From Candidatus Poseidoniaceae archaeon (GTDB lineage: Archaea > Thermoplasmatota > Poseidoniia > Poseidoniales > Poseidoniaceae): a stretch of 60,779 bases of DNA. The notes beneath the pieces are model-generated. The model saw only the letters and a program-made list of their open reading frames with translations, was not told the DNA's origin and searched no databases. The stretch spans positions 1 to 60,779 of the forward strand of contig JAQXFL010000016.1 of assembly GCA_029250345.1 (NCBI GenBank), read 5' to 3'. The position numbers were made by a program, and so were the translations under genes. How positions within the stretch are numbered: the stretch's first letter is position 1; each line of letters begins with the position of its first letter. This document shows positions 48,034 through 57,985 of this stretch, piece by piece.

Positions 48034-48147
48034 ATTCAACCTTCTTTCACCTCGCAATCCTGCGTTAAGACGATGCGATTTGCGCTTGGTTGAAGCGGAG
48101 CGGTTAAGAAGGGGTGACAAGTCGGCTTTTTCCTTGGAGTTGTCCTT

Positions 48148-48606
48148 ATGGCACGGATGTACAAATCACGCAAAGGAAAGAGTGGGTCCAGTAAGCCCTA
48201 TGTCAGCGAAGCACCAGAGTGGTCAAACACGGATGCTGCGGCGGTAAAGCAACTTGTAATCGACCTCGGTAAGGATGGACATTCCTCCGCAGTCATCGGC
48301 ACAATTCTACGTGACCAGCATGCAGTTCCTAACGCTCGGCTCGTTCTCGGTAAGAGAATTGGTGCAGTTCTCGCTGAGAACAACATCGGTGGTACATATC
48401 CTGAAGATTTGATGAATCTGATGCGACAAGCTGTCGGCATCATCAACCACCTCGGCAGCGGCAACCACAAGGATTTGCACAACAAGCGGTCTCTTGAAAT
48501 CACCGAAGCAAAGATTCGCCGACTTTCTAACTACTACAAGTCCGAAGGTCGCTTGCCATCCGATTGGCGATACAAGCGAGAAGAACTCCGACTCATGGTC
48601 GAGTGA
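48148..48606 (+). CDS. rps15: 30S ribosomal protein uS15 (archaeal S15/S13e type)
   Basis: MARMY..RKGKSGSSKP, IG.ILRDQH, PEDLMNL, KDLHNKRSL...EAKIRRL..YYK..G.LP..WRY. Confidence 0.97.
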   Translation: MARMYKSRKGKSGSSKPYVSEAPEWSNTDAAAVKQLVIDLGKDGHSSAVIGTILRDQHAVPNARLVLGKRIGAVLAENNIGGTYPEDLMNLMRQAVGIINHLGSGNHKDLHNKRSLEITEAKIRRLSNYYKSEGRLPSDWRYKREELRLMVE

Positions 48607-48676
48607 TTCCTCACGCTCTTCTCGTTTGATGTGAGACTTCATCAACGGTCACCATTTAGATTCAAAGGGTGCGACC

Positions 48677-49579
48677 ATGAACGACTTGCTTCAGACTGCC
48701 CCGTTCCATGACATTCAATCCCACATTGAAGGTCTTGTTCAAAAAATCCATGAGGCTGAAATGGTGCATATTCATGCGCCTGCAGATTTACAGGGTCTAC
48801 TGTCTCTAACAACACTTGAATCTGCGTTTTTGGATGCTGGTGTCTCGTACAGACGGCGGTTTTTACCCCCGCACCAACACATTCCACGAGATGAGCGACA
48901 AGAACCTCAATCATCACTCGATGGCCTTCTCATTTTCATTGACCCATTCGAAGATACATGGACGATTAAGGATCTTCCACAAACTGAATTTATCCACATC
49001 ACTCCACTTTCGGTTACCGTTCGTTTGGGTTCGAATCAGTCCGAACGCAGGGGTGCACTGGATACCGTTGCCCAGTGTGCAGCAGTAGCCGCTGCGTTGT
49101 CGCCGAACGGACAAAAAACTCGGCTCATCCGTCCATTTGCCTCCACTGGTCTCTGGCTTCGCGAAGCACTTGATACCACATTTGATCCAATTCACACAAC
49201 CATACGTGACCATTTGCGTGCTGAAGGAGCATTCAGAGTTGTTCCTTTGCCAGAGGTACCGACACCTGCTACGGGAATGATTCCCGACCTTTCGGAGAGA
49301 ATGCTTTCTCGTCTACGCAAGGGTTGGTCGAAAATGGATGCCGAAGCCCGTTCAGGTGCACTGAGTGAACTTCTCTTGCCCGCACTTCAAAATTCCACTC
49401 TTTCCACTCCCCGTTTAGAGGAACTGGTCTGGCATCGATTGCTACTGGGTGCATCGGATGTCGATGTCATGAGTCAAGTTCACTTGGCTGAACAGTCATG
49501 GCCCAGTGAAGCAGGTAAAGCAAAGATACATGCCTCCAAACTCGCTGACAGCTTTCTCAAAACAGGTCTTTTAATTTGA
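48677..49579 (+). CDS. Degenerate DHH/RecJ(GAN)-like protein, probably catalytically inactive
   Basis: Lies directly after rps15, the usual euryarchaeal position of RecJ-like/GAN genes. VHIHAPADLQGLLSL..LE.AFLDAG resembles DHH motif I (H.DADG...A..L), but no DHH triad is visible. Confidence 0.5.
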   Translation: MNDLLQTAPFHDIQSHIEGLVQKIHEAEMVHIHAPADLQGLLSLTTLESAFLDAGVSYRRRFLPPHQHIPRDERQEPQSSLDGLLIFIDPFEDTWTIKDLPQTEFIHITPLSVTVRLGSNQSERRGALDTVAQCAAVAAALSPNGQKTRLIRPFASTGLWLREALDTTFDPIHTTIRDHLRAEGAFRVVPLPEVPTPATGMIPDLSERMLSRLRKGWSKMDAEARSGALSELLLPALQNSTLSTPRLEELVWHRLLLGASDVDVMSQVHLAEQSWPSEAGKAKIHASKLADSFLKTGLLI

Positions 49580-49625
49580 ATCTCTTCATCGACGGGTTGA
49601 AACCAAAGAACCAACTGGGCTGTAC

Positions 49626-49976
49626 ATGGCCATTGAACGATTGCTCACAGGTAGTATTCGAGACCAAGTTCAAGATTTAATGTCGACCGAAGACCTCGTC
49701 ATCGAAGCATTTCGAGACTTGGTTAAGGATGAACTCAAGGCGCACATTCGAGGTAAGGTGGAAGAAGACCCGGAATTGAAGGCCGAAATCAAAGAAGCGG
49801 TCGCTTACTATTTCCACACGAAGGCACGAACCGTCTATGCTGAACTCAAGGCCACACGAGCTGCAACTCGGCTCGGATTACGCCTGCTACCTGATGATTT
49901 GCAAGGCGAGGTTGGCGAAGCTGTTGTTTCTCTGTTTGAGAAGGAATTGGGCGCTCTTCTTGAGAAGGCTCTTTGA
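49626..49976 (+). CDS. Hypothetical all-helical protein (116 aa)
   Basis: Clean ORF with an ATG and a TATA-position motif at -29. Contains EAFRDLVKDELKAHIRGKVEEDPELKAEIKEAV. Confidence 0.7.
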   Translation: MAIERLLTGSIRDQVQDLMSTEDLVIEAFRDLVKDELKAHIRGKVEEDPELKAEIKEAVAYYFHTKARTVYAELKATRAATRLGLRLLPDDLQGEVGEAVVSLFEKELGALLEKAL

Positions 49977-50044
49977 CGCTGTTTGTTCACTGAAAGGCGC
50001 TTCTCTTATGTGCCATGCGCGCTGCCATTGCACTCGGTGAAGTC

Positions 50045-52120
50045 ATGTCTGCACGCCCATTGTTAATTGTGCTGATTTTTTTGGCATCAATGGCTGCACC
50101 CTTTAGCGACAATTATCTTGGCGATGTGTCTGCTGAAGATGCCCTCGTGTGCTGCGATACTGCGGATGTAGAGCTGTATCTCCTTGGCTCCGCATCTGCG
50201 GGGACATTGTCTCCGTTTTCTCAGGATCTTTCTGCCGACACGTCATCTTCTGCAGCGATTGCAGGTTCTGTAACATCTGAAGAGTCTGTTGGAAAATGGG
50301 TTCTTCCGAATGTTTGGCCAGGAACCGTTCCAGCAAACACATGGAAGGTTTCCATTGAATACGAGTTAACCAATGCGGCCAGCGCTCAAATAAACGCCAC
50401 AGCTTCTCTCAAAATAGGCAGCCAAACGTACAGTGCATCAACTGAGCCTGGAAGTTCAGTGTTAGCCCAAGGCACGGGTACGCTCACTTTTGACATTGAA
50501 GTAGACGCTACCTCGGTTTCTGATATGGGGGCAATTGAACTCTCTCTCACCGCTCGCTCGCTTGTTTTCACAATCCCAACCGGTGATGCCCAACTTGAGT
50601 TCCTCTGGGGTTCGGAGGATGCAGACTCTCATGTGGAGGCGGAAATACCGCTCTTCGACCTTACGTTGTTAGAGCCTGAAATTGAAGGTTCGGATGTTTA
50701 CTTTTCAGTCTTGATTGATTCAAACTGGGGAATGGATTTGTTATCAAAGTCGGACTCACTGCAAATATTCGTGGCTGGGACAGAGCTCTCTGGCGATCCT
50801 ATTGAGACTGGTGCTGATGGTGCAGTGCGAGTCACTTGGACTTGGCAAGGCGCCAAGGGTGGTACTGAAACCGTAAGCGTGGAGGCTCGCCTCACCATCG
50901 AATCAGGTGGGCAATCACTTTCCGGTTCAACTACATTTGAAATCGAAACCTTCGACACCAGCGGTGGTACAGGAACATACTATCCCCCGGATGAACCACT
51001 CAAGACAAACGGTGACGGAAGCCCTATATCCGTTTCAGGGACATTCACTCTTCTTAAGAACTCTGAAGGCGTTCTACAACTGGACCGGACCACCCGAATT
51101 GAAATCGGTGGGGAAATGGCATTTTGGATGCGATGGGGGATGGACCACATCGGCGATGAAGTGACTACACTTTCACCGGTTTTGAAGAGTTTTGACGCTG
51201 GAAGCGTCGGTGATGATGAGCGCGTTAGCCGTGACATCGAACAAATTGAGGTCATGGAAATGGAACGACAGTTGCTAAGCGCCTCAGGCTCATCCGGGCT
51301 TCTTTCCTACTACCTGAGCGTTGGTTTGGGATTAGAGGTAGAAGAACTACTTGGAGGCAGCGTCAATCAATTCCTTAGCCGTGACATCGATATCGAACTG
51401 AACGGTGAATCGCAAGTTGTGAATCATCCAGTTACCCTCATTGTCAAAACAGTAATGCTGTTTGATGGTGACGATGCTCCGAATGAAGGAGAACGAATCG
51501 AACTCATTGGTGGCTTTATCACAGCTCAACCAACTCCACTTTGGGGTAAAGTTTCCCTCTCTTTAGTCGGCAAATCCTCCGCCATGACTTCGTTCGCATT
51601 CCCTAAGGTTGTGTCGTCGAACTCGGTTACCTATCGCCATTTTAGGATGCCTTGGGGTGAAACACTCACCCTTGAGGGGTCCGATATCGCTGTTGATGAT
51701 TATTTTGCTTTCAAAATGACACCATCGAACTCACTTGTGACGTCGCCGGGTGTTTTGTCCGTACTGACATTGTTTGCCCTTTTCCTTGGTTTCATGTTTG
51801 CCCTCGCATTCTCGCGTAGTCGTCGCCGAGGAATTCTCCTTCTGGAGTTGATTCTCATTCCTTTGGTCGGGGTTATTCATTGGCTTGCTTATCCATCGGT
51901 ATTTGTTGGAGGGTCAGCGGTTACTGTGGTCGTCATTTGGTGGGTCACTGCCGTCACGAGTCCCCGGAAACGCAGTCAACTTCTCGAACAAGCGATAAAA
52001 ATCACCACGCCTGTGATCAATTGTCCTGCATGTTCGACACCTAATCCAGTGGAAAGTCAAGAACGCCCGCTTCGATTTGCATGCGTTGGATGCCAGCGTG
52101 TGATTCGGATTGAAGCTTAA
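50045..52120 (+). CDS. Secreted/membrane protein with 3 C-terminal TM helices and terminal zinc ribbon
   Basis: Signal peptide; GGTGA SD before ATG 50045; TM cluster near the C-terminus; CPACSTPN...RP.RFACVGC. Confidence 0.7.
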   Translation: MSARPLLIVLIFLASMAAPFSDNYLGDVSAEDALVCCDTADVELYLLGSASAGTLSPFSQDLSADTSSSAAIAGSVTSEESVGKWVLPNVWPGTVPANTWKVSIEYELTNAASAQINATASLKIGSQTYSASTEPGSSVLAQGTGTLTFDIEVDATSVSDMGAIELSLTARSLVFTIPTGDAQLEFLWGSEDADSHVEAEIPLFDLTLLEPEIEGSDVYFSVLIDSNWGMDLLSKSDSLQIFVAGTELSGDPIETGADGAVRVTWTWQGAKGGTETVSVEARLTIESGGQSLSGSTTFEIETFDTSGGTGTYYPPDEPLKTNGDGSPISVSGTFTLLKNSEGVLQLDRTTRIEIGGEMAFWMRWGMDHIGDEVTTLSPVLKSFDAGSVGDDERVSRDIEQIEVMEMERQLLSASGSSGLLSYYLSVGLGLEVEELLGGSVNQFLSRDIDIELNGESQVVNHPVTLIVKTVMLFDGDDAPNEGERIELIGGFITAQPTPLWGKVSLSLVGKSSAMTSFAFPKVVSSNSVTYRHFRMPWGETLTLEGSDIAVDDYFAFKMTPSNSLVTSPGVLSVLTLFALFLGFMFALAFSRSRRRGILLLELILIPLVGVIHWLAYPSVFVGGSAVTVVVIWWVTAVTSPRKRSQLLEQAIKITTPVINCPACSTPNPVESQERPLRFACVGCQRVIRIEA

Positions 52121-52540
52121 TCAAAGTTTCAAACTTTTGAGCGATGATACGAGTTCACTTGCCTCTTGGTAATCATTGGGCGAGAAGTATCCTGCAAATT
52201 CACCGTTTTCATCTACTGCCACAACGGCTTGCGGCGCACGCTTTTGGACATCAGCAAGTACCGCTTTGAGCGTATCACTCAGTTGAACTTCAAGGAAATC
52301 CATTTCCATCCATTCAGAACATTTTGAATTGTTTGCATCCACGTTCTCAGAGAGTGCCTTGAGGAATTGGCGGTGTCCGATAACGCCCTTGGTCTTGGAG
52401 TCTCCATCGAGTACGACAAGTATCCCGCCAGTCATAGTTAGCAAGCGGCTGGATGCTTCAGCAATGCTGTCATCAATGCCGATGGTCATGTGTTCATCGT
52501 CAAGGTCCAAATCTGCTACCGTCTTTACCATGTTCGCCAC
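52121..52540 (-). CDS. CBS-domain pair protein
   Basis: Two CBS-like units (DDSIAEA..LL....ILVVLD...GVI and DTLKAVL......AVVAVDENGEFAGY). TATAATT lies 28 nt upstream of GTG 52540. Confidence 0.8.
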   Translation of the reverse strand: MANMVKTVADLDLDDEHMTIGIDDSIAEASSRLLTMTGGILVVLDGDSKTKGVIGHRQFLKALSENVDANNSKCSEWMEMDFLEVQLSDTLKAVLADVQKRAPQAVVAVDENGEFAGYFSPNDYQEASELVSSLKSLKL

Positions 52541-52582
52541 TGTGTGGTGGTGGCGTTCGGGAATTATATTCTTACCCGTAGG

Positions 52583-54295
52583 TCAAGAGTGAGTGAAGAC
52601 GAGCGTCGAAGCGTCAACCACCTTGGCGTAGCCGATTCTTTCAATCTGCAACATCGTGCCTTCCGGATAGTTGTGTTTTTCCATTTTTCCTTCGAGTCGA
52701 ACAATTTCACCGTCTTCTGCGAGAAGAAGTGTGGCATCGATGGCATTGGATGTACTCAACCAGTGGACGATCGGACGACGGTCATTACGCTCAATAGAGC
52801 CTATTGTTGCAATTTCCCCAGAAATCTCAATGTTGGCGAAGCCTTTCAATCGGATTTCTGTTTTCATAATGTCTTCCTCTTCCGCCCATACTGTATTGGG
52901 GGTTAAGTCAAACTTGCGAGCGCCGAGTTTCGGATGGTTCGGATGGACATCCACATCGATGGAATCCTCGTGTTCACCGACCAGTACGATTTCTTTCGGG
53001 TTTCGAACAAATGAGAGCCTTGGTGCATCATCATCGATGCTCTTGATATTGTGGGAGTAAAGTGTCGAAAGCGGAACAGAAATGTCCTTTTGTGTGACGC
53101 CTAACTCAACCCAGAAGTTACGAAGTGCTTCGGCGGTGATGCCTCTGTTTCTTAGACCAGTTAGTGTCGGTAGTCGTAAGTCATCCCAGCCAGAGAACAG
53201 CCCTGCTTCGATGTCTCTTCGCATCTGTGATGTTGAAAATCCTCCCCATTCGTGAACCTTGACACGGCCCCAATACATTGTTTCTGGATACGTCCAGCCA
53301 AAATGTGCGTAAAGTAGGGTTTGCTTTCGCGTAGAATCCATGAGGTCTTTTCCACGGATGATGTGGGTTACCCCTTGAAGATGGTCTTCGACAGCGCTTT
53401 GGAAGTCGAGCAGCGGCCATACCCGGTACTTTGAACCAATCTCAGGGCGTGGGTGTGGGTGTTCAGCAGTGTTTTGAATACGAAGTGCTGGCCAGTCTCG
53501 AAGTGCTGGATTCTTCAAATCCATTGCTGTTTTCACACGAACGACCGCATCGCCAGGGACGAATGTTCCATCGAGCATCTTTCTCCACAATTCCATGTTG
53601 AATTCCACTGTATTGAGCCGGCATGGGCATTCGGTTTTAGAAACTCGGAATTCCTTGAACGCTTCACCGCTGCATTGGCAGACATAACCGAAATCTCTCT
53701 GCAACATCATCTCTGCATGTTCGTAATACTGGGGGATGCGATCGCTGGCAATGACAATTCGATGAGGTTTGAAGCCTAACAACCATTCTGCTTCTTCAGG
53801 GATTTGTTGGTAGGCCACCGGGAGTGGTGGTTTGACGACGGTGTCCGTATCATCGAATCGCAGAATAAGCTCTCCGTCCCATTCTTCAGCGTATCTGCCG
53901 TTAATGACGATGCCACGGGCGTGGCCAAAGGAAAGTGGTCCGTTTGGGTTTGGTGCAAATCGAAGTACCACTTTTCCTTTCGTTGCATTTTTGAGTTCAG
54001 GCAACCCTTCTCGACGCTCTTTCTTTTCCCTCTTTTCAAGCAAGTGTGGTGCTTCTTGCTCAAGAATCGCCTGTAATGCTTCTATGCCTTTCTCGGCTGC
54101 CATTGCGTTTGCTTCGGCAACTGCTTTGGCAATGAGCGGTGAAATTATTTTTCCATGCGGTCGAAGGTCACTCCGAGTACCCATGAGACGGCCAATAACC
54201 GACCCGGGGGCTGCCTTACCTTCGTATTCAATTGCATTCTGCAGAGCAAGGTGTCTGAACGATGCAAGCGTTTTTTCATCAGGTGTCCACGTCAT
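52583..54295 (-). CDS. gltX: Glutamate--tRNA ligase (archaeal type)
   Basis: ALQNA..Y.GKA..G.V.G, VVLRFAPNPNGPLSFGHAR, LRFDDTD, YVCQC...CPCR, NPALRDW, VWPLLDF, GVTHIIRGKD, GWDD.RLPT, QIERIGY. Start at ATG 54295. Confidence 0.96.
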   Translation of the reverse strand: MTWTPDEKTLASFRHLALQNAIEYEGKAAPGSVIGRLMGTRSDLRPHGKIISPLIAKAVAEANAMAAEKGIEALQAILEQEAPHLLEKREKKERREGLPELKNATKGKVVLRFAPNPNGPLSFGHARGIVINGRYAEEWDGELILRFDDTDTVVKPPLPVAYQQIPEEAEWLLGFKPHRIVIASDRIPQYYEHAEMMLQRDFGYVCQCSGEAFKEFRVSKTECPCRLNTVEFNMELWRKMLDGTFVPGDAVVRVKTAMDLKNPALRDWPALRIQNTAEHPHPRPEIGSKYRVWPLLDFQSAVEDHLQGVTHIIRGKDLMDSTRKQTLLYAHFGWTYPETMYWGRVKVHEWGGFSTSQMRRDIEAGLFSGWDDLRLPTLTGLRNRGITAEALRNFWVELGVTQKDISVPLSTLYSHNIKSIDDDAPRLSFVRNPKEIVLVGEHEDSIDVDVHPNHPKLGARKFDLTPNTVWAEEEDIMKTEIRLKGFANIEISGEIATIGSIERNDRRPIVHWLSTSNAIDATLLLAEDGEIVRLEGKMEKHNYPEGTMLQIERIGYAKVVDASTLVFTHS

Positions 54296-54354
54296 GGGGC
54301 TCAACCTTTCCTGCAACCGTTGCTTCATCAAGTGCTCGCACGAAGTCAGCCCGT

Positions 54355-55080
54355 TTACTCGAACAATGTTGATTGATGTTTGTCTCGAAATGGCCGCTTA
54401 GGTGGGTCTGTGCCGTAGATTTCATTCCATGCCCTCGTCACGGTTTTCCACGACCATCGAAGTGCTGGATGGGGTGTCTTGTCACATAAGAGGCCTGGCA
54501 GGGCAGCTTTCGTATTCGGATCGCTCGGATATCCAGAGCCAAGAGGTGAACCAATTTCGTCAGTCAGTTGATGAATTGCGTCGTCTCGTTTCACTTTTGC
54601 CAGAATGCTTGCCATACCAACAATCGCGTGATTCGTGTCTGCCTTGTGTTCTGAGTGGATGGTAGAATCATCCCATGGCCAATTTGGAAGTCGAGCAGCA
54701 ATCCGGTCGCTGAATCTTTGCTCATTGACATCGCATGCGTCGTTTAAGATGTATACCGGTTCTTTAACTTGTGAACGAATTTCTACAAGAGCCTCTGAAA
54801 ACAATTCCACTTCCAGTAAATTAAGGCCAGTTGATTGAACCGCATGGTCGATACGCTCGGGGTTGCATACGATGACTGAATGCTTCCAATTTCGTTGTTG
54901 GGCATTCATGTGAAACCATTCGACAAGTTGGAATCGTTTCTTGTGCGTTAAGTCCTTTGAATCCTTTACTCCATGTTCAACGAGCAGGTGAACATCGTCG
55001 GCCGGTATTGCAACAGCGCCAACCACTAACGGACCCAATACCGGACCACGACCTGCCTCATCTACTCCCACATTCCACAT
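54355..55080 (-). CDS. rnhB: Ribonuclease HII
   Basis: GVDEAGRGPVLGPLVV, GVKDSKDL, DACDVN, EHKAD, ASILAKV.RD, GSGYPSDP.T, RWSW.T. Confidence 0.97.
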   Translation of the reverse strand: MWNVGVDEAGRGPVLGPLVVGAVAIPADDVHLLVEHGVKDSKDLTHKKRFQLVEWFHMNAQQRNWKHSVIVCNPERIDHAVQSTGLNLLEVELFSEALVEIRSQVKEPVYILNDACDVNEQRFSDRIAARLPNWPWDDSTIHSEHKADTNHAIVGMASILAKVKRDDAIHQLTDEIGSPLGSGYPSDPNTKAALPGLLCDKTPHPALRWSWKTVTRAWNEIYGTDPPKRPFRDKHQSTLFE

Positions 55081-55089
55081 ATGAACTCC

Positions 55090-57510
55090 TCAGATGTCCA
55101 AATCATCGTCGATTGGTTGGCTCATTTTTCGTGGTTGAACAGGGATGATGGGCTCAACTTGAGAAGGTGGTGTTTGAATGGCTAACGTTTCAAGTTCACG
55201 GGTAGGATGAGACCCAACTTTGATGTCGGCTAAGAGCGAATCAGCAGATGAACGCAAATCGTTGGAACTGTGGTGTTCAAGCACTGTCGTTGCGGCCTTC
55301 GTTAACGATGCATCAACCGGTGCACTTGCTTCTTTGTATGCTCCTGAACGTCGTTGAAACGCTTGTTTGAAATGTTCGGGATGAACCTTTACCGTTGAAT
55401 CTTGGACAGTTTCTTGCTCACTTGGCGCAAATTTGTTCATCCAATCTCCCACCGCTTCTTGTGGTTTGGGCTGATTGAGGGCATCCATTTCCATCTGTTC
55501 TGCAGTACGTTGATTTCGTGCAACAATGGATTTGTAGATGACGACTCCGGATACGAGAATCGCTCCAATCATCAGCGACCAAGCCTTGAGTACACTAAAA
55601 CCGGTGGATATCATTCCGAGCACGTCCAGTGCTTCTGTTTCAACCTCATCTTGCCAAGGCACACCTGTATAATCCCCTTTCGAGGTGTGGACAAACTCTG
55701 TGTTCGGTTGGAATTGTGAGCGTACGGTTGTGTTGACCCAAACTGTTCCGTTACTCGGCTGGTCTTGCGGTAAATCAATCCAAGCTCGGACAGTGAAATT
55801 GTATCCGATCGGTATCCCACTCACTTCAAACGATCTTGGATATTCAACGCCCTCCTCATAAACCGCAATTTTTGGAGGCAGGAAGGACATTGGCGTCGAA
55901 TGTGAAGACTGCAATTGGACAATTAAACCGTCTGCAGTGTTCCCTTCGTTTCTCAACGTCATGGCGATCGATAGCCTTCCATTGGAATCAGTTTCCTCTA
56001 TGATCTCAGTGAAGTTCCATCGAATGACTGGTGCAATTTTTACTGGAATGCGTGATATGCCAACTGTGGTGTCGGTGTTGAGCAGGTATGTTTCCACTAC
56101 AATCTCTCCAATTTCGAATGCTAACGCAGATGCGTTTGCAGTTATTTCGATCAAAGTGAGATTCATGTATTCGCCGGGTTGTAATTCGGTTGTCGATTGG
56201 ACCAATTGAGCAGATACAAATTCTGGAACTTGCTTTATTGAATATTCGAAAGAGTCAACGGCGTTGCCTCCGTTGTATACTTCGACATCAGCGCTGCAAC
56301 TCTCGGATGGCAACAGAGATTGGCATGCATCTGTTCGGAGTTCTACGCTACCGCTACGTTCCCAACCAATTGATGCGCCGATATCGACAGTTCGCGTATT
56401 TTGGATTGCTCCACCGGCGAACACACGCAGTCGGATATCGATTTCGCTTGAGTAGTCCAACGGCGCTTGGAATGCGATTTTGATAGTTCTCGATTCATTC
56501 GGCTGAAGGATGTTTTCTTCGAGTCCACCAAAAAGGGCCATTGTCCAACCATCGGTTGCAATTCGGTCAAAGTTAGGAATGTCCGGAATTACGTCTCCTT
56601 GTGCATCGATTGCTTCGAGCGTGATGTTAAGGTAATTCGGAGAATTGCCAGTGTTTCGTACATCTATGGAGACTCTCTCGACACCTCCTGGTTCTATGAC
56701 TGCATCTTCCCCAACTTGATCGATTGAGGCGTTTTTGAATTCATTCATCAGCATGTCAAAAGACCATTGTACAATGCCGCCATCAATGCCTGATACCGCA
56801 CTTATTTGGAATCGAGGCCCGTTGTTGTACAGCGGTGAACCATCGATAACAGACGGAACATCGACCCACAAATAAATGTAGGATGCCGTATCTTTTTGAA
56901 CGGTTTCATAGGCGTTTGGTCCATCTGTTGAATTCATTGTCCACCCCCAATTCCAACCGGATACGGTGTAGAGATTGAATGTGACATCGTCATCAAGAGT
57001 GGCATTATTGGTGATGTTCATCGCTACCGAAGTTCTCGTGTTTGGAGATACGATGAATGAGGATACGCCAGTTGTGCCAAAGTTGAGATTTGAATATGGT
57101 GTGACTCGGACTTGGAATGTTTCGGTTTGATTCCAGTTTGCATCGTTGAGTGACGTAAACAGTATCGAAAGATTGTAAACATCATATCCGGCATCAAGGT
57201 CTGCTGAAAGATTGAATTTGACTTGTCTCAGGTATCCACTTTCCAGTGTTTTACTAAGCGGTAGTCCCGTTATTGTCAAATTATCGACCGGTTCAACCAA
57301 GTCAAAATTGAATGTGTCTGCTTGGTCACCTCGATTATGGAGTGTGAACAAAACTTCAATTTGTTCTCCACGGTGAACCGTATATTGGTTGAGGCCAATC
57401 ACGTCAATTTGCGTATCCCGGCCTTCAACTGTTGATGGCTCACCGGCAGCACCTGCAAGTGGAACAATCACATGCATCAGTATGAGTATCCCAACGAACA
57501 CACTGCGCAT
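55090..57510 (-). CDS. Secreted, membrane-anchored protein with repeated Ig-like (NEW3/COG1470-type) domains
   Basis: Signal peptide; repeated L.N.G...D motifs (LHNRGDQAD, VRNTGNSPN, VYNGGNAVD, LRNEGNTAD); TM near residue ~650; cytoplasmic tail ending DDDLDI. Confidence 0.75.
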   Translation of the reverse strand: MRSVFVGILILMHVIVPLAGAAGEPSTVEGRDTQIDVIGLNQYTVHRGEQIEVLFTLHNRGDQADTFNFDLVEPVDNLTITGLPLSKTLESGYLRQVKFNLSADLDAGYDVYNLSILFTSLNDANWNQTETFQVRVTPYSNLNFGTTGVSSFIVSPNTRTSVAMNITNNATLDDDVTFNLYTVSGWNWGWTMNSTDGPNAYETVQKDTASYIYLWVDVPSVIDGSPLYNNGPRFQISAVSGIDGGIVQWSFDMLMNEFKNASIDQVGEDAVIEPGGVERVSIDVRNTGNSPNYLNITLEAIDAQGDVIPDIPNFDRIATDGWTMALFGGLEENILQPNESRTIKIAFQAPLDYSSEIDIRLRVFAGGAIQNTRTVDIGASIGWERSGSVELRTDACQSLLPSESCSADVEVYNGGNAVDSFEYSIKQVPEFVSAQLVQSTTELQPGEYMNLTLIEITANASALAFEIGEIVVETYLLNTDTTVGISRIPVKIAPVIRWNFTEIIEETDSNGRLSIAMTLRNEGNTADGLIVQLQSSHSTPMSFLPPKIAVYEEGVEYPRSFEVSGIPIGYNFTVRAWIDLPQDQPSNGTVWVNTTVRSQFQPNTEFVHTSKGDYTGVPWQDEVETEALDVLGMISTGFSVLKAWSLMIGAILVSGVVIYKSIVARNQRTAEQMEMDALNQPKPQEAVGDWMNKFAPSEQETVQDSTVKVHPEHFKQAFQRRSGAYKEASAPVDASLTKAATTVLEHHSSNDLRSSADSLLADIKVGSHPTRELETLAIQTPPSQVEPIIPVQPRKMSQPIDDDLDI

Positions 57511-57604
57511 ATACGTTCCAAGCCATTCACCCTTTGAACTTCACCCAATCTCTGCATCAGCAGCACTTCGCAGTCTTCATCAAGCAGGAGTGATACGGAG
57601 CGTC

Positions 57605-57985
57605 ATGCCTCCTTTCTGGCCCTTCGGGAAAAAGAAGCAACCTTTGCAGTTGGATGAGCCTGAACCTCAAGCGATTGTTTATCGTAAAGATTCAGAGTCA
57701 ACCGAACAAACCCTCGCAGACTCCTCCCATCGTGAATCCGATGACTATATGGCTGCAGTCTCGTTGTTCGGCAACGGTGATACGACCATTAAAAGAGCGG
57801 AAGAGCAGTCACAATTTTACGAAGGAATTGTCGATTCAAGTACGCATGAAGTCAAAAATAAAATTGAATTCACCTGGGTTCATCATTCTGATGGCTATCA
57901 TTACAAGAAAAAGCCAGACGGTTCATTTGATCCAGCCCCTCACCAAAAGAACGATGATGGAACATATGTTCCTTACCAATCCTAG
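57605..57985 (+). CDS. Small hypothetical protein with aromatic C-terminal module
   Basis: MPPFWPFGKKK... ending WVHHSDGYHYKKKPDGSFDPAPHQKNDDGTYVPY. ATG 57605, with a TATA-position motif at -29. Confidence 0.6.
   Translation: MPPFWPFGKKKQPLQLDEPEPQAIVYRKDSESTEQTLADSSHRESDDYMAAVSLFGNGDTTIKRAEEQSQFYEGIVDSSTHEVKNKIEFTWVHHSDGYHYKKKPDGSFDPAPHQKNDDGTYVPYQS

Noticed and set aside
53915..53965. GluRS HIGH motif reads SFGH and the KMSKS equivalent reads FSTS
   Set aside because: Such deviations are common in archaeal GluRS, and the rest of the enzyme is intact.
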